Source: Eledone cirrhosa (Eukaryota). Taken from it: a stretch of DNA of 64,000 nucleotides. A model generated the notes under the pieces. The model ran no database searches and had not been told where the DNA came from. It saw only the letters and a program-made list of their open reading frames with translations. Location: assembly GCA_964016885.1 (NCBI GenBank), contig OZ024742.1, forward strand, positions 162,750,001 to 162,814,000, given 5' to 3'. The translations under genes and the position numbers were made by a program. Position 1 is the first letter of the stretch; the number at the start of each line of letters is the position of its first letter. Shown here one piece after another: positions 50,901 to 61,700 of the stretch.

Positions 50901-53900
50901 AAAATTATCTCCCCTTGGACGGCTGGAAATTATCTCCCCTTGATTTTTTTACAAATTATCTCCCCCTGATTATTTTTTACAAATTATCTCCCCCTGATTT
51001 TTTTTTACAAATTATCTCCCTCTGATTTTTTTTACAAATTATCTCCCCTTGGCTGGCTGGAAATTATCTCCCCTTGGAGGCTGGAATTTATCTCCCCTTG
51101 GACGGTTAGAAATTACCTCTCCTTGGACTGCTGGAAAATATGTCTCCTTGGACGGCTGGAAATTATCTCCCCTTGGACGGCTGGAAATTATCTCCCCTTG
51201 ATTTTTTTTACAAATTATCTCCCCCTGATTTTTTTTTACAAATTATCTCCCCCTGATTTTTTTTTTACAAATTATCTCCGCCTGATTTTTTTTAAAAATT
51301 ATCTCTCCTTGGACGGCTGGATATTATCTCCCCTTTCATTTTTTTTACAAATTATCTCCCCCTGATTTTTTTTTACAAATTATCTACCCCTAATTTTTTT
51401 TTACAAATTATCTCCCCCTGATTTTTTTTACAAATTATCTCCCCCTGATTTTTTTACAAATTATCTCCCCCTGATTTTTTTTACAAATTATCTCCGCCTG
51501 ATTTTTTTAAATATTATCTTCTCTTGGCTGGCGGGAAATTATCTCCCCTTGGACGGCTGAAAATGATCTCCCCTTGGACGGCTGGAAATTATCTCCCCTT
51601 GATTTTTTTTACAAATTATCTCCCCCTGATTTTTTTTTACAAATTATCTCCCCCTGATTTTTTTTACAAATTATCTCCCCCTGATTTTTTTTTACAAATT
51701 ATCTCCCCCTGATTTTTTTTACAAATTATCTCCCCCTGATTTTTTTACAAATTATCTCCCCTTGGCTGACTGGAAATTATCTCCCCTTGGAGGCTGGAAT
51801 TTATCTCCCCTTGGACGGCTAGAAATTACCTCTCCTTGGACGGCTGGAAAATATGTCCTTGGACGGCTGGATATTATCTACCCTTGGACGGCTGGAAATT
51901 ATCTCCCCTTGGACGGCTGGAAATTATCTCCCCTTGGACGGCTAGATATTACCTCCCCTTGGACGGCTGGAAATTATCTCCCCTTGATTTTTTTTACAAA
52001 TTATCTCCCCCTGATTTTTTTTTACAAATTATCTCCCCCTGATTTTTTTTTACAAATTATCTACCCCTGATTTTTTTTTACAAATTATCTCCCCCTGATT
52101 TTTTTTACAAATTATCTCTCCCTGATTTTTTTTTACAAATTATCTCCCCCTGATTTTTTTTTACAAATTATCTACCCCTGATTTTTTTTTACAAATTATC
52201 TCCCCCTGATTTTTTTTACAAATTATCTCCCCCTGATTTTTTTTACAAATTATCTCCCCCTGATTTTTTTACAAATTATCTCCCCCCGATTTTTTTTACA
52301 AATTATCTCCGCCTAATTTTTTTAAATATTATCTTCCCTTGGCTGGCGGGAAATTATCTCCCCTTGGACGGCTGAAAATTATCTCCCCTTGGACGGCTGG
52401 AAATTATCTCCCCTTGATTTTTTTACAAATTATCTCCCCCTGATTATTTTTTACAAATTATCTCCCCCTGATTTTTTTTTACAAATTATCTCCCTCTGAT
52501 TTTTTTTACAAATTATCTCCCCTTGGCTGGCTGGAAATTATCTCCCCTTGGAGGCTGGAATTTATCTCCCCTTGGACGGTTAGAAATTACCTCTCCTTGG
52601 ACTGCTGGAAAATATGTCTCCTTGGACGGCTGGAAATTATCTCCCCTTGGACGGCTGGAAATTATCTCCCTTTGGACGGCTGGAAATTATCTCTCCTCGG
52701 ACGACTAGAAATTACCTCTCCTTGGACAGCTGAAAATTATCTCCCCTTGGACGGCTGGAAATTATCTCCCCTTGATTTTTTTTACAAATTATCTCCCCTG
52801 ATTTTTTTTTACAAATTATCTCCCCCTGATTTTTTTTTACAAATTATCTCCCCCTGATTTTTTTTACAAATTATCTCCCCCTGATATTTTTTACAAATTA
52901 TCTCCCCCTGATTTTTTTACAAATTATCTCCCCTTGGCTGGCTGGAAATTATCTCCCCTTGGAGGCTGGAATTTATCTCCCCTTGGACGGCTAGAAATTA
53001 CCTCGCCTTGGACGGCTGGAAAATATGTCTCCTTGGACGGCTGGAAATTATCTCCCCTTGGACGGCTGGAAATTATCTCCCCTTGGACGGCTGGAAATTA
53101 TCTCCCCTTGGACGGCTAGATATTACCTCCCCTTGGACGGCTGGAAATTATCTCCCCTTGATTTTTTTACAAATTATCTCCCCCTGATTTTTTTTTACAA
53201 ATTATATCCCCCTGATTTTTTTTTACGAATCATCTCCCCCTGATTTTTTTTTACAAATTATCTCCGCCTGATTTTTTTTTTAAAATTATCTCCCCTTGAA
53301 CGGCTGGAAATTATCTCCCCTTGGACGGCTGGAAATTATCTCCCCTTGGACGGCTAGAAATTACCTCTCCTTGGACGGCTGAAAATTATCTCCCCTTGGA
53401 CGGCTGCAAATTATCTCCCCTTGATTTTTTAACAAATTATCTCCCCCTGATTTTTTTTTACAAATTATCTCCCCCTGATTTTTTTTTACAAATTATCTAC
53501 GCCTAATTTTTTTACAAATTATCTCCCCCTGATTTTTTTTTACAAATTATCTCCCCCTGATTTTTTTTACAAATTATCTCCCCCTGATTTTTTTTTACAA
53601 ATTATTTCCCCCTGATTTTTTTACAAATTATCTCCCCTCTGATTTTTTTTACAATCTCCGCCTGATTTTTTTAAAAATTATCTTCCCTTGGCTGGCGGGA
53701 AATTATCTCCCCTTGGACGGCTGGAAATTATATCCCCTTGGACGGCTGGAAATTACCTCCCCTTGGACAGCTGGAAATTATCTGCCCTTGATTTTGTTTT
53801 TACAAATTATCTCCCCCTGATTTTTTTTACAAATTATCTCCACCTGATTTTTTAAAAAATTATCTCCCCTTGGACGGCTGGAAATTATCTCCCCTTGATT

Positions 53901-56900
53901 TTTTTACAAATTATCTCCTCCTGATTTTTTTTACAAATTATCTCCCCCTGATTTTTTTTTTACAAATTCTCTCCCCCTGATTTTTTTACAAATTATCTCC
54001 CCCTGATTTTTTTTACAAATTATCTCCGCCTGATTTTTTTAAATATTATCTTCCCTTGGCTGGCGGGAAATTATCTCCCCTTGGACGGCTGAAAATTATC
54101 TCCCCTTGGACGGCTGGAAATTATCTCCCCTTGATTTTTTTTACAAATTATCTCCCCTTGGCTGGCTGGAAATTATCTCCCCTTGGAGGCTGGAATTTAT
54201 CTCCCCTTGGACGGCTAGAAATTACCTCTCCTTGGACGGCTGGAAAATATTTCTCCTTGGACGGCTGGATATTATCTACCCTTGGACGGGTGGAAATTAT
54301 CTCCCCTTGGACGGCTGGAAATTATCTCCCCTTGGACGGCTAGATATTACCTCCCCTTGGACGGCTGGAAATTATCTCCCCTTGATTTTTTTTACAAATT
54401 ATCTCCCCCTGATTTTTTTTTTACAAATTATCTCCCCCTGATTTTTTTACAAATTATCTCCCCCTGATTTTTTTTACAAATTATCTCCGCCTGATTTTTT
54501 TAAATATTATCTTCTCTTGGCTGGCGGGAAATTATCTCCCCTTGGACGGCTGAAAATTATCTCCCCTTGGACGGCTGGAAATTATCTCCCCTTGATTTTT
54601 TTTACAAGTTATCTCCCCCTGATTTTTTTTTACAAATTATCTCCCCCTGATTTTTTTTTACAAATTATCTCCCCCTGATTTTTTTTTACAAATTATCTCC
54701 CCCTGATTTTTTTTACAAATTATCTCCCCCTGATTTTTTTACAAATTATCTCCCCTTAGCTGGCTGGAAATTATCTCCCCTTGGAGGCTGGAATTTATCT
54801 CCCCTTGGACGGCTAGAAATTACCTCTCCTTGGACGGCTGGAAAATATGTCCTTGGACGGCTGGATATTATCTACCCTTGGACGGCTAGATATTAGCTCC
54901 CCTTGGACGGCTGGAAATTATCTCCCCTTGATTTTTTTTACAAATTATCTCCCCCTGATTTTTTTTTACAAATTATCTCCCCCTGATTTTTTTTTACAAA
55001 TTATCTACCCCTGATTTTTTTTTACAAATTATCTCCCCCTGATTCTTTTTACAAATTATCTCTCCCTGATTTTTTTTTACAAATTATCTCCCCCTGAATT
55101 TTTTTTACAAATTATCTACCCCTGATTTTTTTTTACAAATTATCTCCCCCTGATTTTTTTTACAAATTATCTCCCCCTGATTTTTTTTACAAATTATCTC
55201 CCCCTGATTTTTTTACAAATTATCTCCCCCCGATTTTTTTTACAAATTATCTCCGCCTAATTTTTTTAAATATTATCTTCCCTTGGCTGGCGGGAAATTA
55301 TCTCCCCTTGGACGGCTGAAAATTATCTCCCCTTGGACGGCTGGAAATTATCTCCCCTTGATTTTTTTACAAATTATCTCCCCCTGATTATTTTTTACAA
55401 ATTATCTCCCCCTGATTTTTTTTTACAAATTATCTCCCTCTGATTTTTTTTACAAATTATCTCCCCTTGGCTGGCTGGAAATTATCTCCCCTTGGAGGCT
55501 GGAATTTATCTCCCCTTGGACGGTTAGAAATTACCTCTCCTTGGACTGCTGGAAAATATGTCTCCTTGGACGGCTGGAAATTATCTCCCCTGGGACGGCT
55601 GGAAATTATCTCCCCTTGGACGGCTGGAAATTATCTCTCCTCGGACGACTAGAAATTACCTCTCCTTGGACAGCTGAAAATTATCTCCCCTTGGACGGCT
55701 GGAAATTATCTCCCCTTGATTTTTTTTACAAATTATCTCCCCCTGATTTTTTTTTACAAATTATCTCCCCCTGATTTTATTTTACAAATTATCTCCCCCT
55801 GATTTTTTTTACAAATTATCTCCCCCTGATATTTTTTACAAATTATCTCCCCCTGATTTTTTTACAAATTATCTCCCCTTGGCTGGCTGGAAATTATCTC
55901 CTCTTGGAGGCTGGAATTTATCTCCCCTTGGACGGCTAGAAATTACCTCGCCTTGGACGGCTGGAAAATATGTCTCCTTGGACGGCTGGAAATTATCTCC
56001 CCTTGGACGGCTGGAAATTATCTCCCCTTGGACGGCTGGAAATTATCTCCCCTTGGACGGCTAGATATTACCTCCCCTTGGACGGCTGGAAATTATCTCC
56101 CCTTGATTTTTTTTACAAATTATCTACCCCTGATTTTTTTTTACAAATTATCTCCCCCTGATTTTTTTTACAAATTATCTCCCCCTGATTTTTTTACAAA
56201 TTATCTCCCCCCGATTTTTTTTACAAATTATATCCGCCTAATTTTTTTAAATATTATCTTCCCTTGGCTGGCGGGAAATTATCTCCCCTTGGACGGCTGA
56301 AAATTATCTCCCCTTGGACGGCTGGAAATTATCTCCCCTTGATTTTTTTACAAATTATCTCCCCCTGATTATTTTTTACAAATTATCTCCCCCTGATTTT
56401 TTTTTACAAATTATCTCCCTCTGATTTTTTTTACAAATTATCTCCCCTTGGCTGGCTGGAAATTATCTCCCCTTGGAGGCTGCAATTTATCTCCCCTTGG
56501 ACGGTTAGAAATTACCTCTCCTTGGACTGCTGGAAAATATGTCTCCTTGGACGGCTGGAAATTATCTCCCCTTGGACGGCTGGAAATTATCTCCCCTTGG
56601 ACGGCTGGAAATTATCTCTCCTCGGACGACTAGAAATTACCTCTCCTTGGACAGCTGAAAATTATCTCCCCTTGGACGGCTGGAAATTATCTCCCCTTGA
56701 TTTTTTTACAAATTATCTCCCCCTGATTTTTTTTACAAATTATCTCCCCCTGATTTTTTGTTACAAATTATCTCCCCCTGATTTTTTTACAAATTATCTC
56801 CCCCTGATTTTTTTTACAAATTATCTCCGCCTGATTTTTTTAAATATTATCTTCCCTTGGCTGGCGGGAAATTATCTCCCCTTGGACGGCTGAAAATTAT

Positions 56901-58730
56901 CTCCCCTTGGACGGCTGGAAATTATCTCCCCTTGATTTTTTTTACAAATTATCTCCCCCTGATTTTTTTTTACAAATTATCTCCCCCTGATTTTTTTTTA
57001 CAAATTATCTCCCCCTGATTTTTTTTTACAAATTATCTCCCCCTGATTTTTTTTACAAATTATCTCCCCCTGATTTTTTTACAAATTATCTCCCCTTGGC
57101 TGGCTGGAAATTATCTCCCCTTGGAGGCTGGAATTTATCTCCCCTTGGACGGCTAGAAATTACCTCTCCTTGGACGGCTGGAAAATATGTCTCCTTGGAC
57201 GGCTGGATATTATCTACCCTTGGACGGCTGGAAATTATCTCCCCTTGGACGGCTGGAAATTATCTCCCCTTGGACGGCTAGATATTACCTCCCCTTGGAC
57301 GGCTGGAAATTATCTCCCCTTGATTTTTTTTACAAATTATCTCCCCCTGATTTTTTTTTACGAATTATCTCCCCCTGATTTTTTTTTACAAATTATCTCC
57401 GCCTGATTTTTTTTTTAAAATTATCTACCCTTGAACGGCTGGAAATTATCTCCCCTTGGACGGCTGGAAATTATCTCCCCTTGGACGGCTAGAAATTACC
57501 TCTCCTTGGACGGCTGAAAATTATCTCCCCTTGGACGGCTGCAAATTATCTCCCCTTGATTTTTTTAACAAATTATCTCCCCCTGATTTTTTTTTACAAA
57601 TTATCTCCCCCTGATTTTTTTTTACAAATTATCTACGCCTAATTTTTTTTACAAATTATCTCCCCCTGATTTTTTTTTACAAATTATCTCCCCCTGATTT
57701 TTTTACAAATTATCTCCCCCTGATTTTTTTTTACAAATTATCTCCCCCTGATTTTTTTACAAATTATCTCCCCCTAATTTTTTTTACAATCTCCGCCTGA
57801 TTTTTTTAAAAATTATCTTCCCTTGGCTGGCGGGAAATTATCTCCCCTTGGACGGCTGGAAATTATATCCCCTTGGAAGGATGGAAATTATCTCCCCTTG
57901 GACGGCTGGAAATTATCTCCCCTTGGACGGCTGGAAATTACCTCCCCTTGGACAGCTGGAAATTATCTGCCCTTGATTTTGTTTTTACAAATTATCTCCC
58001 CCTGATTTTTTTTACAAATTATCTCCACCTGATTTTTTAAAAAATTATCTCCCCTTGGACGGCTGGAAATTATCTCCCCTTGATTTTTTTACAAATTATC
58101 TCCCCCTGATTTTTTTTACAAATTATCTCCCCCTGATTTTTTTTTTACAAATTATCTCCCCCTGATTTTTTTACAAATTATCTCCCCCTGATTTTTTTTA
58201 CAAATTATCTCCGCCTGATTTTTTTAAATATTATCTTCCCTTGGCTGGCGGGAAATTATCTCCCCTTGGACGGCTGAAAATTATCTCCCCTTGGACGGCT
58301 GGAAATTATCTCCCCTTGATTTTTTTTACAAATTATCTCCCCCTGATTTTTTTTTACAAATTATCTCCCCCTGATTTTTTTTTACAAATTATCTCCCCCT
58401 GATTTTTTTTTACAAATTATCTGCCCCTGATTTTTTTTACAAATTATCTCCCCCTGATTTTTTTACAAATTATCTCCCCTTGGCTGGCTGGAAATTATCT
58501 CCCCTTGGAGGCTGGAATTTATCTCCCCTTGGACGGCTAGAAATTACCTCTCCTTGGACGGCTGGAAAATATTTCTCCTTGGACGGCTGGATATTATCTA
58601 CCCTTGGACGGGTGGAAATTATCTCCCCTTGGACGGCTGGAAATTATCTCCCCTTGGACGGCTAGATATTACCTCCCCTTGGACGGCTGGAAATTATCTC
58701 CCCATGATTTTTTTTACAAATTATCTCCCC
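45685..58730 (+). repeat. Copy 2 of the >=13-kb near-identical block (copy 1 at 1-13073)
   Basis: See copy 1. It lacks one 28-bp B monomer near 49850 and differs by substitutions at 50045 (vs 4389) and 56494 (vs 10838). Confidence 0.95.
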
Positions 58731-61700
58731 CTGATTTTTTTTTTACAAATTATCTCCCCCTGATTTTTTTACAAATTATCTCCCCCTGATTTTTTTTACA
58801 AATTATCTCCGCCTGATTTTTTTAAATATTATCTTCCCTTGGCTGGCGGGAAATTATCTCCCCTTGGACGGCTGAAAATTATCTCCCCTTGGGCGGCTGG
58901 AAATTATCTCCCCTTGATTTTTTTTACAAATTATCTCCCCCTGATTATTTTTTACAAATTATCTTTCCCTGATTTTTTTTTACAAATTATCTCCCCCTGA
59001 TTTTTTTTACAAATTATCTCCCCCTGATATTTTTACAAATTATCTCCCTTTGGCTGGCTGGAAATTATCTCCCCTTGGAGGCTGGAATTTATCTCCCCTT
59101 GGACGGCTAGTAATTACCTCTCCTTGGACGGCTGGAAAATATGTCTCGTTGGAGGGCTGGAAATTATCTCCCCTTGGATGGCTGGAAATTATCTCCCCTT
59201 GGACGGCTGGAAATTATCTCTCCTTGGACGGCTAGAAATTACCTCTCCTTGGACGGCTGAAAATTATCTCTCCTTGGACGGCTGGAAATTATCTCCCCTT
59301 GGACGGCTAGATATTACCTCCCCTTGGACGGCTGGAAATTATCTCCCCTTGATTTTTTTTACAAATTATCTCCCCCTGATTTTTTTTACAAATTATCTCC
59401 GCCTAATTTTTTTAAATATTATCTTCCCTTGGCTGGCGGGAAATTATCTCCCCTTGGACGGCTGAAAATTATCTCCCCTTGGACGGCTGGAAATTATCTC
59501 CCCTTGATTTTTTTTACAAATTATCTCCCCCTGATTTTTTTTTACAAATTATCTCCCCCTGATTTTTTTTTACAAATTATCTCCCCCTGATTTTTTTTTA
59601 CAAATTATCTCGCCCTGATTTTTTTTTACAAATTATCTCCCCTTGGCTGGCTGGAAATTATCTCCCCTTCGAGGCTGGAATTTATCTCCCCTTGGACGGC
59701 TAGAAATTACCTCTCCTTGGACGGCTGGAAAATATGTCCTTGGACGGCTGGATATTATCTACCCTTGGACGGCTGGAAATTATCTCCCCTTGGACGGCTG
59801 GAAATTATCTCCCCTTGGACGGCTAGATATTACCTCCCCTTGGACGGCTGGAAATTATCTCCCCTTGATTTTTTTTACAAATTATCTCCCCCTGATTTTT
59901 TTTACAAATCTAATGATTTTTTAAAAAAAATTATCTCCCCTTCGCTGGCTGGAAATTATCTCCCCTTGGACGCTGGAAATTATAGCCCCTTGGAGGGCTG
60001 GAAATTATCTTCCCTTGGACGGCTGGAAATTATCTCCCCTTGGCTCGAAATTATCTCCCCTTGGACGGCTAGAAATTATCTCTCTTTGGACGGCTGGAAA
60101 TTATCTCCCTTTGATTTTTTTTACAAATTATCTCCCCCTGATTTTTTTTACAAATCTCCCCCTGATTTTTTAAAAAAAATTATCTCCCCTTCGCTGGCTG
60201 GAAATTATCTCCCCTTGGACACTGGAAATTATAGCCCCTTGGCTGGCTGGAAATTATCTCCTCTTGGAGGCTGGAATTTATCTCCCCTTGGACGGCTAGA
60301 AATTACCTCGCCTTGGACGGCTGGAAAATATGTCTCCTTGGACGGCTGGAAATTATCTCCCCTTGGACGGCTGGAAATTATCTCCCCTTGGACGGCTGGA
60401 AATTATCTCCCCTTGGACGGCTAGATATTACCTCCCCTTGGACGGCTGGAAATTATCTCCCCTTGATTTTTTTTACAAATTATCTACCCCTGATTTTTTT
60501 TTACAAATTATCTCCCCCTGATTTTTTTTACAAATTATCTCCCCCTGATTTTTTTACAAATTATCTCCCCCCGATTTTTTTTACAAATTATATCCGCCTA
60601 ATTTTTTTAAATATTATCTTCCCTTGGCTGGCGGGAAATTATCTCCCCTTGGACGGCTGAAAATTATCTCCCCTTGGACGGCTGGAAATTATCTCCCCTT
60701 GATTTTTTTACAAATTATCTCCCCCTGATTATTTTTTACAAATTATCTCCCCCTGATTTTTTTTTACAAATTATCTCCCTCTGATTTTTTTTACAAATTA
60801 TCTCCCCTTGGCTGGCTGGAAATTATCTCCCCTTGGAGGCTGCAATTTATCTCCCCTTGGACGGTTAGAAATTACCTCTCCTTGGACTGCTGGAAAATAT
60901 GTCTCCTTGGACGGCTGGAAATTATCTCCCCTTGGACGGCTGGAAATTATCTCCCCTTGGACGGCTGGAAATTATCTCTCCTCGGACGACTAGAAATTAC
61001 CTCTCCTTGGACAGCTGAAAATTATCTCCCCTTGGACGGCTGGAAATTATCTCCCCTTGATTTTTTTACAAATTATCTCCCTCTGATTTTTTTTACAAAT
61101 TATCTCCCCCTGATTTTTTGTTACAAATTATCTCCCCCTGATTTTTTTACAAATTATCTCCCCCTGATTTTTTTTACAAATTATCTCCGCCTGATTTTTT
61201 TAAATATTATCTTCCCTTGGCTGGCGGGAAATTATCTCCCCTTGGACGGCTGAAAATTATCTCCCCTTGGACGGCTGGAAATTATCTCCCCTTGATTTTT
61301 TTTACAAATTATCTCCCCCTGATTTTTTTTTACAAATTATCTCCCCCTGATTTTTTTTTACAAATTATCTCCCCCTGATTTTTTTTTACAAATTATCTCC
61401 CCCTGATTTTTTTTACAAATTATCTCCCCCTGATTTTTTTACAAATTATCTCCCCTTGGCTGGCTGGAAATTATCTCCCCTTGGAGGCTGGAATTTATCT
61501 CCCCTTGGACGGCTAGAAATTACCTCTCCTTGGACGGCTGGAAAATATGTCTCCTTGGACGGCTGGATATTATCTACCCTTGGACGGCTGGAAATTATCT
61601 CCCCTTGGACGGCTGGAAATTATCTCCCCTTGGACGGCTAGATATTACCTCCCCTTGGACGGCAGGAAATTATCTCCCCTTGATTTTTTTTACAAATTAT

